This document shows, piece after piece, positions 1-12,612 of a stretch of DNA of 57,660 nt. Origin of the DNA: an uncultured Bacilli bacterium (GTDB taxonomy: Bacteria > Bacillota_I > Bacilli_A > RF39 > UBA660); contig CANRPK010000006.1 of assembly GCA_947632455.1 (NCBI GenBank), positions 1 through 57,660 of the forward strand, given 5' to 3'. How positions within the stretch are numbered: the first letter of the stretch is position 1; the number at the start of each line of letters is the position of its first letter. The position numbers were made by a program, and so were the translations under genes. The notes beneath the pieces were generated by a model that was not told where the DNA came from, did not search any database, and worked only from the letters and a program-made list of their open reading frames with translations.

Positions 1-197
1 TTTCTACAATTTTTATTTGGCATTTCTATTATACCACTTTTTTGTTTATCAGTCATAAAGTTTAACACAACATTTTAAAAAAGATATAATTGTTTATTGA
101 CCCTTATATCTTTTATACTTTATAATATTTTTAATTATTTAGTTTTTTTGGTTTTTACCCAATCTCCCCACTTATTCTACACTAACAAAAGCAGTTT

Positions 198-1097
198 TTA
201 TCTTCTGCTTTGCTTAACCCATGTTACAATCGTAATAACCAAAACTAGGCTTCCTACCCCAATTAAAGCTAAACTTATAATTTTTAAAACGCCATCACTT
301 AATTCAAAAGAAAAACTTTTCTTTTCAGCCTTTTTAGGAAAACTAAACTGATAATTAATATTTTCACTTCCAGAAGTATTATATTTCCATATTAATTTTT
401 TTCCATCACTTGCTACTTCTGTAGCATTATTACTAATAGATCCATTAGGTAAACTTACTTCATATTGAAAATCTAAAAAAGAACTTAAATCAATATCCAT
501 ACCATCCATCGTATCAGAAGATGTTATATCCTCTTCATCCCAAGCAAAATTAGCTTTATAAGCATCTCCTACTTTGGCAAAAAAATTATTTTGTTCTCCT
601 ACAAACACATCCCAAAGTTTACATTCCCCATCAACATTAGTTGATATCTCATCAATATTATTAAAATGTTTAGTTATCTTTACTGTATATAAATAATTTT
701 CTTTATCTAAATTTTCTTCAATTTTATACCCATTCTTTTCTATTGCTTCTCTATCTTCAGCATCAAATAATTCACTGGTATCCAATTCTCCAGAATCCAT
801 TGCTTGATCTAAGTTTTCTTTAATTTGATCCTCAGTTAAAGTAGTATTTTTACAAGCATCAAAACAGGCATCATAATTAGCATCACCACTGCAACTTTCA
901 TCACATGTACTATCATCCGGTGTCATTCCCTGAAATAGAGGATTACTCATCATTTTTAAAAAATCTACCTTGTATAATAATCCTACATCAACACTTTTAT
1001 CCGCATTAATACTCATATTAACATTATAGCTTAAACATCCACACATTAATAATGATAAAACAAATAACCCCAATACTTTTAACTTTTTCATACACAC
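198..1097 (-). CDS. Lipoprotein with C-terminal transmembrane helix (LppM-like architecture)
   Basis: N-terminal KK plus hydrophobic stretch and lipobox-like LLMCGC; acidic body with LPNG..SNNAT motif; C-terminal hydrophobic helix ending in basic KQSRR. Confidence 0.55.
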   Translation of the reverse strand: MCMKKLKVLGLFVLSLLMCGCLSYNVNMSINADKSVDVGLLYKVDFLKMMSNPLFQGMTPDDSTCDESCSGDANYDACFDACKNTTLTEDQIKENLDQAMDSGELDTSELFDAEDREAIEKNGYKIEENLDKENYLYTVKITKHFNNIDEISTNVDGECKLWDVFVGEQNNFFAKVGDAYKANFAWDEEDITSSDTMDGMDIDLSSFLDFQYEVSLPNGSISNNATEVASDGKKLIWKYNTSGSENINYQFSFPKKAEKKSFSFELSDGVLKIISLALIGVGSLVLVITIVTWVKQSRR

Positions 1098-1156
1098 ACC
1101 TACTATAATAATGATAACATATATTTCAATTTTTCACAATAAATTCTTCCTATATG

Positions 1157-1185
1157 TTGACTAACATTTGTTCGGGTGTTATAAT
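1157..1185 (+). promoter_or_regulatory. sigmaA promoter of uvrA with overlapping LexA (SOS/Cheo) box
   Basis: TTGACT(1157)-17 nt-TATAAT(1180) with extended -10 TG; CTAACATTTGTTCG at 1161-1174 closely matches the Firmicutes LexA consensus CGAAC-N4-GTTCG. Confidence 0.7.
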
Positions 1186-1246
1186 AAACTTACTTTTGTG
1201 ATAAAATAAATTTAATTATGCACAATAATATTAAAAGGAGTAATAT

Positions 1247-4054
<2,808 letters not shown>

Positions 4055-4135
4055 AGGTGTTATTCTAACATCCTTTTTTATTAATTAAACTTTTCATTAT
4101 TCTTTAAATATAGTATAATTATAATGTGATAATAA

Positions 4136-4474
4136 ATGAATAAAAAAGGATTTACATTAATAGAACTTCTTTGTACTATTGCCATTATGGGTATAATTGC
4201 CACTATTGCAAGTATTAATCTTGTTAAAATATATCAAAATAAAAATAACGAAAAAGTTCAAATACAAAACAATATTATTGAAACCGCCGCTTGTATTTAT
4301 ATTGAATTACAAGAAAATACTAGCTTAAAAGATAATTGTCTTACAAATGGCTGTGATATTTCTACTAATACTTTAATAACTAATGGCTTAATAGATGAAA
4401 AAGATGTTGATAACCCTAAAATTATTCACATATTTAAAGAAAATAACACTAAACAATGTAAAATTAAGGAGTAA
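4136..4474 (+). CDS. Type IV pilin/pseudopilin-like protein
   Basis: Class III signal KKGFTLIELL followed by a hydrophobic helix. Confidence 0.8.
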   Translation: MNKKGFTLIELLCTIAIMGIIATIASINLVKIYQNKNNEKVQIQNNIIETAACIYIELQENTSLKDNCLTNGCDISTNTLITNGLIDEKDVDNPKIIHIFKENNTKQCKIKE

Positions 4475-4477
4475 AAA

Positions 4478-5062
4478 ATGGCAAAATTATATTTTCGATA
4501 TGGCTCAATGAATTGTGGTAAATCTACCGCGATTATTCAAGTCGCACATAATTATGAAGAAAAAGGTTTTAAAATATTATTAATAAAATCCTCATTAGAT
4601 ACTAAAGGTAATAGAAATGTCATGAATAGAACTAATCTAAAACGTGAAGTAGACATCTTGCTTCCCCCAAATACTAGTATAATTCCTTTAATCCCCAAAG
4701 ATATTGCCGCGATACTAGTTGATGAAGCTCAATTTTTAGATCCTAATCAAGTCGATGAATTATATTATATTAGTAAAATTAATAATATTCCTGTTATTTG
4801 TTACGGTCTAAGATGTGATTTCACTATGAAAGGATTCCCTGGAGCTACTCGTTTATTGGAAATCGCCGATTCCATCGAAGAATTAAAAAATATATGTAAA
4901 TGTGGTAAAAAAGCTACTCAAAATTTACGATTAGTAAATAATGTTCCTTCTTTTGAAGGAGAACAAATTCTTATAGATGGTACTAAAAATGTTACTTATG
5001 AAAGTGTATGTGGTTCATGTTATCTAAAATTACGAAAAAAATATGAGGAGGTTAAAAAATGA
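4478..5062 (+). CDS. tdk: Thymidine kinase
   Basis: YGSMNCGKS P-loop, LVDEAQF, YGLRCDF, C-terminal zinc cysteines. Confidence 0.95.
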   Translation: MAKLYFRYGSMNCGKSTAIIQVAHNYEEKGFKILLIKSSLDTKGNRNVMNRTNLKREVDILLPPNTSIIPLIPKDIAAILVDEAQFLDPNQVDELYYISKINNIPVICYGLRCDFTMKGFPGATRLLEIADSIEELKNICKCGKKATQNLRLVNNVPSFEGEQILIDGTKNVTYESVCGSCYLKLRKKYEEVKK

Positions 5063-7173
5063 AAGAGAAAATATTAGACTTATTAAAGAATATCCATGAA
5101 GCTAAAACTTTAATTGAAATTAACGATCTGCTCCAACTAACAACTGTTAAAGAATTACAAGAACTAACTAAAAATCTTGAAGAATTAGTAAATGAATATC
5201 AAGTATTTAAAACTAAAAAAGATAAATATTTACTTTTAGCTAATTGTTCTAATTTAAAAATTGGTCCTATTGCTATTAATAAAAAAGGCTTTGGCTTTGT
5301 AATTTTAAATCAAGAAGATGATATTTATGTTGCCGAACAAGATTTAAACGGAGCCATCCATAATGATGTAGTTTTAGTTGAAGTTTTAACAAAAGGTTTA
5401 AAACCTGAAGGTCGAGTATTAAAAATCGTCAAAAGAAATCTCGAAAATATTGTCGGAGAGATTTATTTTCAAAATAATAAAGTCATGTTAAAACCTGATG
5501 ATGCTAAACTTCGCTTAACTATTTTTATAACTGATGAAACATCTAAAAATTGTGTTGAAGGTCATAAAGTTTTATGTAGTTTACGCAAAAAATTAAATAC
5601 TAATACTTATTTAGCTGATTGTCTTAAAATTCTTGGTCATAAAGATGACGCGGGAATTGATATTTTAAGTATCGCTTGTAAATATGGCATAGTAAATGAA
5701 TTTAGTCCTGAAGCTGTAAAAGAATTAGAAGAAATACCTAATACTGTAAGTGAAAAAGAATTAATAAATCGTCGTGATTTAACTAATGAAATGATTTTTA
5801 CTATTGATGGTGATGATACAAAAGATATTGATGATGCTATAAGCTTAACTTATAAAGATGGTATATATAATCTAGGTGTACATATTGCCGATGTTAGTCA
5901 TTATGTTAAAGATAATACTGCTTTAGGCGATGAAGCTTATAATCGTGGTACTTCTTCTTATTTAGCAGATACTGTAATTCCTATGTTACCTCATAAATTA
6001 TCCAATGGTATATGTTCTTTAAATGAGGGCACTATTCGTTTAGCAATGAGTTGTACAATGGATATTGATACTAACGGAAATGTTCTATCTTATGATATTT
6101 TCCCAAGCTATATAAAATCTCAAAAGAAAATGACTTATAATAAAGTTAATGCTATATTAGAACACAATCAAGTCCCTGAAGGCTATGAACCATTTAAGGA
6201 CACACTAATTAAAATGAATGAACTAGCCCATATATTACGTCATAAAAAAGTAAGTAAGGGTTATATTGAATTTGATATTGATGAAGCTAAAATAATTCAA
6301 GATGAAAATGGTAAAGCAATAGATATTAAAAAAAGAACTCGTGGAGAAGGCGAAAATCTTATTGAAGACTTTATGATTGCCGCGAATGAAACTGTTGCCA
6401 GTCATATATCTAATATGGAACTTCCATTTATTTATCGTGTCCATGCTTTACCAAACGCTGATAAAATTGAAGATTTCCTAAATTTAGTAAAAGCATTAGG
6501 CTATACAATTCATACCAATATTAATGAAATAACTCCTATATCTATGCAAAAAGTTTTAAATGAACTTAAAGATAAACCTGAGTATTTAATATTATCTACT
6601 CTATTATTAAGAAGTATGAAAAAAGCTGAATACTCTAAAACTAATATTGGTCACTTTGGATTAGCAAGTAAAAATTATACTCACTTCACTTCTCCAATTC
6701 GTCGTTTACCTGATTTAATTGTTCATCGTCTATTAAAAACATATTTAATTGATAAAGATTTCTCCATGTCCACGATTAATTATTTAGATAGCTACTTAGT
6801 TAATGCCGCGGAACATGCCAGTGAACGTGAAGTTGCCAGTATAAATGCTGAAAGAGATGTTACTGATATGAAAATGGCTGAATATATGGAAAGCCACATA
6901 GGTGAAGAATATGAAGGAATTATTTCTACTGTTACCAATTTTGGTTTCTTTGTTGAATTAGATAATTTAATTGAAGGCCTAGTTCATGTTAATACTATAA
7001 AAGGTGATTATTATAATTATGTTCCAGAACTTCTTTCACTTGTTGGTAAAAGTACTAAAAAAACTTATCGAGTTGGTGATAAAATTAAAGTCAAAGTCAT
7101 TAATGCTTCTAAAGAATCTGCTTTAATAGATTTTGAAATAGTCGAGGATAAATATGATCGAAATAAAAAATAA
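5059..7173 (+). CDS. rnr: Ribonuclease R
   Basis: TIDGDDTKDIDDA, HFTSPIRR, C-terminal S1 domain; adjacent to smpB. Confidence 0.95.
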   Translation: MKEKILDLLKNIHEAKTLIEINDLLQLTTVKELQELTKNLEELVNEYQVFKTKKDKYLLLANCSNLKIGPIAINKKGFGFVILNQEDDIYVAEQDLNGAIHNDVVLVEVLTKGLKPEGRVLKIVKRNLENIVGEIYFQNNKVMLKPDDAKLRLTIFITDETSKNCVEGHKVLCSLRKKLNTNTYLADCLKILGHKDDAGIDILSIACKYGIVNEFSPEAVKELEEIPNTVSEKELINRRDLTNEMIFTIDGDDTKDIDDAISLTYKDGIYNLGVHIADVSHYVKDNTALGDEAYNRGTSSYLADTVIPMLPHKLSNGICSLNEGTIRLAMSCTMDIDTNGNVLSYDIFPSYIKSQKKMTYNKVNAILEHNQVPEGYEPFKDTLIKMNELAHILRHKKVSKGYIEFDIDEAKIIQDENGKAIDIKKRTRGEGENLIEDFMIAANETVASHISNMELPFIYRVHALPNADKIEDFLNLVKALGYTIHTNINEITPISMQKVLNELKDKPEYLILSTLLLRSMKKAEYSKTNIGHFGLASKNYTHFTSPIRRLPDLIVHRLLKTYLIDKDFSMSTINYLDSYLVNAAEHASEREVASINAERDVTDMKMAEYMESHIGEEYEGIISTVTNFGFFVELDNLIEGLVHVNTIKGDYYNYVPELLSLVGKSTKKTYRVGDKIKVKVINASKESALIDFEIVEDKYDRNKK

Positions 7174-7582
7174 AAAAGCCTACTTTGATTACTTTATCGA
7201 AGATGAATTAGAGGTGGGAATAGCCTTAACTGGTACAGAAATAAAAGCCGTTCGTAAAGGTTCTGTTGATCTAAAAGATAGTTTTGTTCATATTAAAAAT
7301 AATGAAGCTTATATCCTAAATATGTATATAGCCAAATATGAAGAAGGTAATATATTTAATCATGATGAAAGAAGATCAAGAAAACTTTTATTACATAAAA
7401 AAGAAATCTTAAAACTAAAAAATAAAATGCAAACTGAAGGGTATACTCTAATACCTCTAAAATTATATTTTAAAAAAAATCTTGCTAAACTTTTAATTGG
7501 TGTTGCTAAAGGTAAAAAACTTTATGATAAAAGAGCCACATTAAAAGAAAAAGATTTACAAAAAGAAACAAGGTACTATTAA
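7154..7582 (+). CDS. smpB: SsrA-binding protein
   Basis: NKKAYFDY, GIALTGTEIK, RKLLLHKKEI, GKKLYDKR. Confidence 0.96.
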   Translation: MIEIKNKKAYFDYFIEDELEVGIALTGTEIKAVRKGSVDLKDSFVHIKNNEAYILNMYIAKYEEGNIFNHDERRSRKLLLHKKEILKLKNKMQTEGYTLIPLKLYFKKNLAKLLIGVAKGKKLYDKRATLKEKDLQKETRYY

Positions 7583-7590
7583 TACCTTGT

Positions 7591-8115
7591 TTAATTTTTG
7601 AAATAATCCCAAAAGAGTAATAATGCATTAGCAATCAATATCCAACCCACTACCACTAATATCGCATTGGAAACAAATATACTAAATACTCCTAAAATAA
7701 TTAAAACAATATTTGAAAGTAAATTTATATTTAAATAATTATTAAAGCTTATTTGATTTAATATTCTTGTAACTCCAAAGAATATTAAGAAAAATCCTAC
7801 TACAAATCTAATTCCAAGCTCTATACTTTCAGCTAAAACCATTAATAATATTCCAACAATAATGGAAACTATCGCTACACTTAAATTAATTTTCTTATAT
7901 TGAGCTAATTCTTTATATCGCATATAATCTATAAAATTTTTAATACCATAAACTATAATCAATATTCCTAATAAATAAAACATAATTGTTACTGCTTCAT
8001 TACTCTTAAAAGCTAATATAATACCTAATAATAAATATAATACTGGTGTAAATACACTTTTCTTACTACTACTTTTATTAGGTTTAATAATTTCATTTTT
8101 CATTTTTTTCACCAC
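7591..8115 (-). CDS. Multi-pass membrane protein (DUF308/HdeD-like)
   Basis: About six short hydrophobic helices in repeated pairs. Confidence 0.55.
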   Translation of the reverse strand: MVKKMKNEIIKPNKSSSKKSVFTPVLYLLLGIILAFKSNEAVTIMFYLLGILIIVYGIKNFIDYMRYKELAQYKKINLSVAIVSIIVGILLMVLAESIELGIRFVVGFFLIFFGVTRILNQISFNNYLNINLLSNIVLIILGVFSIFVSNAILVVVGWILIANALLLFWDYFKN

Positions 8116-8197
8116 TTTAATTAATTATATAATGTTAATCTCTTTAAAGCAAGACTAAATTATGATATAATAGTAATTAGAATATGGAGGGATTAAT

Positions 8198-9871
8198 GTG
8201 ACAAAAGAAACTATTTTACAAATATTAAATGCTTATAACCTAGATACAAATAAGTATGGTCCATCCCTTTATGAAAAAGATAATAAATATGGTATATGCC
8301 TAGATATTAAAGATACTACTTTTGGTTATCTTACTAGAGCTTTTATGTTTGACGATAAAAATGAATTAGAAGACTTCTTAAAAAAATATATTTGGTATAA
8401 AAATAATCATAAAAATTATGAAGTAACTTTAAGTTTAGATAATTATGAAACTAAAGAAGTAAAAATAAAATATACTTATAAAAATAAAGAACTAACTTAT
8501 GATGATATGTTAAACTTAAATGATATTATTAAAGATACTACCCAAAATATAGTAGATACTAATAAAAAGACTGCCTATTTATTAAATATTGAATCTTTAA
8601 CTAATTATTTAATTAATTTAAAAAATACTAATTTTAATCTAAAAAAAGAAAAGAATAATTTAAAAATAAAAGAAAACGATTTAAAATATGAACTTCTAGA
8701 AAATCTAACTATTTATTATGGTAAAAATAAAACCATTGAAAAAAGAGGTGTATCACTAGATAATATTATTATCCCTAGTAATGATATCAATCTTTTAAAA
8801 AATAATCTAAATAATATTAGAAATAAATCATTAGAAGAAATGCAAACATATTTAAACTCTTTAATTAATCTTGTTAAAGAAGAAGAATTAAATGAAAAAA
8901 ATTTAATTAATATTTATTCTAATGATATATATAAATATAATATTAATATTTTAAATAAACAAATAGAATTTGTTAAATCTAAAATAACCGCGGAAAAAAA
9001 CTTTAACTTAAAAGGCAGTAAAATTCATAATATTGATGAAGAATTAAAATCATTTCTTAAAAATAACCCTGCCCCTACTAAAATAAATGATTACTTAGAA
9101 GAAAGTAAAAGAAGAATTGAAAATAAATATGTTAATTTAACTGATCTAACTACCTCATATACAATAATTACAGGTAAACCATTAGATATTCCTACTTTTA
9201 AATTAGATGAATTTACTAATGAATTTGATCTAAATTATAATTTTAATGAATTAAATCAAAATATTAAAAATAGTTTAATTTTATATAATTCATTTTATAA
9301 AAACATATGTAACTATATTTTAGAAAATAATCCTACTATCGAAGATATTAAAAATAATTTTGATTTTACTTATTATTATCAAGAATTAGACGATATAATT
9401 CATAATGAAAATAATAATCACTATTTATTAAATTATTTTACTGATATTAATTTTAAATCATTAGATACCTATATCCAATCTATTATAAATATTGCCAATA
9501 TATTTAAAGAAACCCAATTTACTTTATATAATCCTATAACTGTATTTTCTATTGCTAAAGATTCTTTATATAAAGAAATGACTTTCCATCCTTTATATAG
9601 TAATGAAACTACTTATATAATAAATATACCAGAAAAAACTGATATAAAGTATATACCTTATAAATTACAAATAGATACTTCTTCAAATGAAATAAATCTT
9701 ATTAAAACTACTAATATATATTATAAAGGAATAATCGAACCAACTAATGAAATAATTACTATTAATAAATATCATAAAGATAGTTATACTAAAGACAATA
9801 TTATCATTACTAAAGATTTAATATTAGATACTAAACAAGAATTTTATCAAGCTAATTTAAAGGAGAATTAA
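8198..9871 (+). CDS. Hypothetical protein, Asn/Lys-rich with coiled-coil character
   Basis: 557-aa ORF with GGAGG RBS before GTG; no recognisable motif. Confidence 0.6.
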   Translation: MTKETILQILNAYNLDTNKYGPSLYEKDNKYGICLDIKDTTFGYLTRAFMFDDKNELEDFLKKYIWYKNNHKNYEVTLSLDNYETKEVKIKYTYKNKELTYDDMLNLNDIIKDTTQNIVDTNKKTAYLLNIESLTNYLINLKNTNFNLKKEKNNLKIKENDLKYELLENLTIYYGKNKTIEKRGVSLDNIIIPSNDINLLKNNLNNIRNKSLEEMQTYLNSLINLVKEEELNEKNLINIYSNDIYKYNINILNKQIEFVKSKITAEKNFNLKGSKIHNIDEELKSFLKNNPAPTKINDYLEESKRRIENKYVNLTDLTTSYTIITGKPLDIPTFKLDEFTNEFDLNYNFNELNQNIKNSLILYNSFYKNICNYILENNPTIEDIKNNFDFTYYYQELDDIIHNENNNHYLLNYFTDINFKSLDTYIQSIINIANIFKETQFTLYNPITVFSIAKDSLYKEMTFHPLYSNETTYIINIPEKTDIKYIPYKLQIDTSSNEINLIKTTNIYYKGIIEPTNEIITINKYHKDSYTKDNIIITKDLILDTKQEFYQANLKEN

Positions 9872-9872
9872 T

Positions 9873-10340
9873 ATGAGTAAAGACCAATTTTTACAAGAAT
9901 TAAAAAAAGATTTAAAATACTTAGATAAAAAAACAAGAAATGAAGAATTAGCTAAATATCAAAACTTAGATAACTATGATATAGATCCTGCTAAAATAGC
10001 TAATGATATATATAATGCTTATAATATCCCTATAAAAAATAATTATACTTTATTTGCTTCTGTTAATATTATTATAAATAAATTACAATCAAAAGATAAA
10101 AAAATAGTAATAAGTGTTATTAAATTTTTTGGTTATTTACTACTTTTACTAATATTAATAAAAATTCCCTTTATATTTATTAGAGATATATTTGGAACTT
10201 TCTTTGAAACAAATTTTGCTAACTCAAATAGCTTTGCTATTTGGAATTTATCTTTTGAAATATTATATGCCATAACAACCATTATCATATTTATTAATTT
10301 AATCAAAAAGAAAGCCCAAGAATTAGACAACAAAAAATAG
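9873..10340 (+). CDS. Membrane protein with HAAS/DUF1700-like N-terminus
   Basis: MSKDQFLQELKKDLKYL N-terminus; two C-terminal transmembrane helices. Confidence 0.55.
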   Translation: MSKDQFLQELKKDLKYLDKKTRNEELAKYQNLDNYDIDPAKIANDIYNAYNIPIKNNYTLFASVNIIINKLQSKDKKIVISVIKFFGYLLLLLILIKIPFIFIRDIFGTFFETNFANSNSFAIWNLSFEILYAITTIIIFINLIKKKAQELDNKK

Positions 10341-10366
10341 GGATAAACCCTATTTGATAAATATAT

Positions 10367-10406
10367 CTTGCCTATACTTAGAATAAGAAGAAGACGCATA
10401 GGCAAG
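10367..10406 (-). repeat. Conserved 3' stem-loop of hypervariable paralog 1
   Basis: Sense strand CTTGCCTATGC...GTATAGGCAAG with loop containing TTCTTATTC; homologous to 12569-12612 and 50887-50930. Confidence 0.7.
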
Positions 10407-10410
10407 TTTT

Positions 10411-11922
10411 TTATATGCTTGTTTTTACTACAAATGGATTATCAGATTTACCAGTACCTCCACTAAATTCAATATCAGCTCTTAAATTAACTACTGGACG
10501 CACACCATGAGTGCCATACATGCCCGCACCGCGAAAGAAGTCATCACTACGCACAAGGAACACGTCAGCCCAACCATCGACATTATAGCGAGAGGGAGAC
10601 ATTGTCCAATAATATTGGTTAGTATATAGCCAGTAGTTAGTTCCTACTGTTCCTCCGAAAGCACCTGTCATTACTACCTCATCACTTGTGATTAAGCCTA
10701 CTGGATTTGTAAGTATTTCATTACCTCTACCTGAACCAGAAGTTGTGAATAAATCTCTTTTGAATGCCTTTGCATCTATTTTATCAAAAGAACTAAATCC
10801 ATCCACATCTGTTGGATCTTCTTCAGGCATTACTACTCCACACTTTAATGTTGGATATTGATTTGTTCTCCAAGCTCCGCCTTTGGCAATCAACCTTGAT
10901 GCTGGCGCATATCCACTTGCAGACTGTCCTGTACCATCGCCATTGTAATTATTCCAATTTCCTTTTACTACTACTCTATCATTACACCATCCTGTACTCC
11001 CACTTAAATATTTAGTATATTCTGACATTGCTCCTGTTTCAGTATACCATCCATGAACAGCTTTTGCTATATCACTAGGAGTAGAGTTGGAATGAGTTTC
11101 TTCATAACTTGGATTTGGTTTTTCATCTGTGTGGGCTGTTCCATAATAATATCCTACATAGGTATTATCACTATATGATGTAGGTTTATAAGCAGAAGTT
11201 AAAGCGTTAGTTTCAATTCCTTCAGTTATCTCGCAATTTGGTTCTGCACATTGGAATATTAACCTTAATGTTCCATCTCCATTTATTCTGATTATTCTCC
11301 ATGTATGATTTGCAAATGTTACCCAATTATTTACATCATTATTATTTCCTCTAAACACATAACTGGTTCCATAATTGTCTGGACTGGTATATAATTTTTC
11401 TTTTCCTTCAGGATTTTCTGTATTTTCATTATATGGACCTGTGATTGGATTTGGCATGGCATCTATTGTATATTTACTTCCTTTTGAAGTTTCCAATTTG
11501 CCTAACATTTCTTTTACTAAACTATCAAAATATATATAACACTTTGTTCCTTTTTCGGTTAAATTTAAAACATTTATAACATTATTTTTATATTCTATTT
11601 CTACTTCTTCTATTGGTTCACCATTTACTTCACAATAACTATCTTCACTTAGTTTATATCCTATTGTAGGTATCTTATTTATACTTACATATTCCTTTTC
11701 TTCTTTAGTACTATCGTCTTTTTCTTGATACATTGCTATTATATTTAAATCTGCCTTATTATAACTTATATTTCCACTTGCTAGTTCTATACTTTCTGTA
11801 TTTCGATATCTTGCTAAACTTGTTATATAGTTTATTACTATTACTAGTCCTATGGTTAGTAATATCCCTATTATTATTCCCTTTACTTTGGAGGTATTAT
11901 CCTCCAACTTTTCTAATTTCAT
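10411..11922 (-). CDS. Secreted hypervariable protein, paralog 1 (putative DGR target with CLec-like C-terminus)
   Basis: N-terminal TM then TSLARY; WRIIRINGDG; YWTMSP-[variable]-GVRPVVNL; three paralogs in the window. Confidence 0.75.
   Translation of the reverse strand: MKLEKLEDNTSKVKGIIIGILLTIGLVIVINYITSLARYRNTESIELASGNISYNKADLNIIAMYQEKDDSTKEEKEYVSINKIPTIGYKLSEDSYCEVNGEPIEEVEIEYKNNVINVLNLTEKGTKCYIYFDSLVKEMLGKLETSKGSKYTIDAMPNPITGPYNENTENPEGKEKLYTSPDNYGTSYVFRGNNNDVNNWVTFANHTWRIIRINGDGTLRLIFQCAEPNCEITEGIETNALTSAYKPTSYSDNTYVGYYYGTAHTDEKPNPSYEETHSNSTPSDIAKAVHGWYTETGAMSEYTKYLSGSTGWCNDRVVVKGNWNNYNGDGTGQSASGYAPASRLIAKGGAWRTNQYPTLKCGVVMPEEDPTDVDGFSSFDKIDAKAFKRDLFTTSGSGRGNEILTNPVGLITSDEVVMTGAFGGTVGTNYWLYTNQYYWTMSPSRYNVDGWADVFLVRSDDFFRGAGMYGTHGVRPVVNLRADIEFSGGTGKSDNPFVVKTSI
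10497..10597 (-). repeat. Variable region VR1
   Basis: GC-rich ~100-nt block; differs from sister copies mainly at codon positions 1-2. Confidence 0.75.
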
Positions 11923-11978
11923 TGCTCTTATTCCCTTTCCATTATCAATATTATTAGAAATTCCTAATTTATATTTAA

Positions 11979-12007
11979 ATTATATACTCTGATATTATTA
12001 AAGTCAA
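11979..12007 (-). promoter_or_regulatory. sigmaA promoter of paralog 1
   Basis: TTGACT-17-TATAAT on the minus strand; intergenic block conserved with 14140-14220. Confidence 0.7.
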
Positions 12008-12078
12008 GAAAAATTCTAATATTTCTCAACTTATAAATTCTATTTATTATTTTATGAGAAAATTTTTTTGGTGATAAA

Positions 12079-12531
12079 ATGCTATATGAACGATTAAGAT
12101 TTATACGAGAACAGCACGAAATGACACAAACAGACTTAGCTAAAAAATTAGGCATTACAAAATCAGGATACTGCCGATATGAAAATGAAACAGATATTAT
12201 ACCTATTAAACACTTAATCATAATATCTGATACTTTTAATGTACCAATAGATTACATTTTTTCTCTTACTAATACCCTTCAATATGAAAATACCAATAAA
12301 GGAATAAACCAACAACTATCAGGCCAAAGATTAAAAACTTTTCGCAAAGATGCAAAATTTACTCAAGAAAAATTAGCTGAAATTTTAAATGTAGCTAGAA
12401 CAATAATATCAAAGTATGAAAAAGGAGAATACCCAATAGCTACACATACCCTATACACAATTTGCAAAAAATATAATATCTCTGCCGATTATCTATTAGG
12501 AAAAATAGACACTCCTAAATATTTAAAATAA
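12079..12531 (+). CDS. Tandem double XRE-HTH transcriptional regulator
   Basis: Two HTH_3-like repeats (RLRFIREQHEMTQTDLAKKLG; RLKTFRKDAKFTQEKLAEIL). Confidence 0.85.
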   Translation: MLYERLRFIREQHEMTQTDLAKKLGITKSGYCRYENETDIIPIKHLIIISDTFNVPIDYIFSLTNTLQYENTNKGINQQLSGQRLKTFRKDAKFTQEKLAEILNVARTIISKYEKGEYPIATHTLYTICKKYNISADYLLGKIDTPKYLK

Positions 12532-12568
12532 TATAAAAAGAATACCAAAAAAGGTATTCAAAAATAAT

Positions 12569-12612
12569 AAATATGCCTATACTTGGAATAAGAAAGCAGT
12601 ATAGGCATATTT
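12569..12612 (-). repeat. Conserved 3' stem-loop of paralog 2
   Basis: 15-bp perfect inverted repeat AAATATGCCTATACT/AGTATAGGCATATTT; sense loop GCTTTCTTATTCCA. Confidence 0.75.

Noticed and set aside
11950-12021. Invertible promoter flanked by TATTAGAA/TTCTAATA inverted repeats
   Set aside because: The repeats are short, AT-rich and imperfect in the paralog 2 copy, and no recombinase is in the window; operator sites are a simpler explanation.
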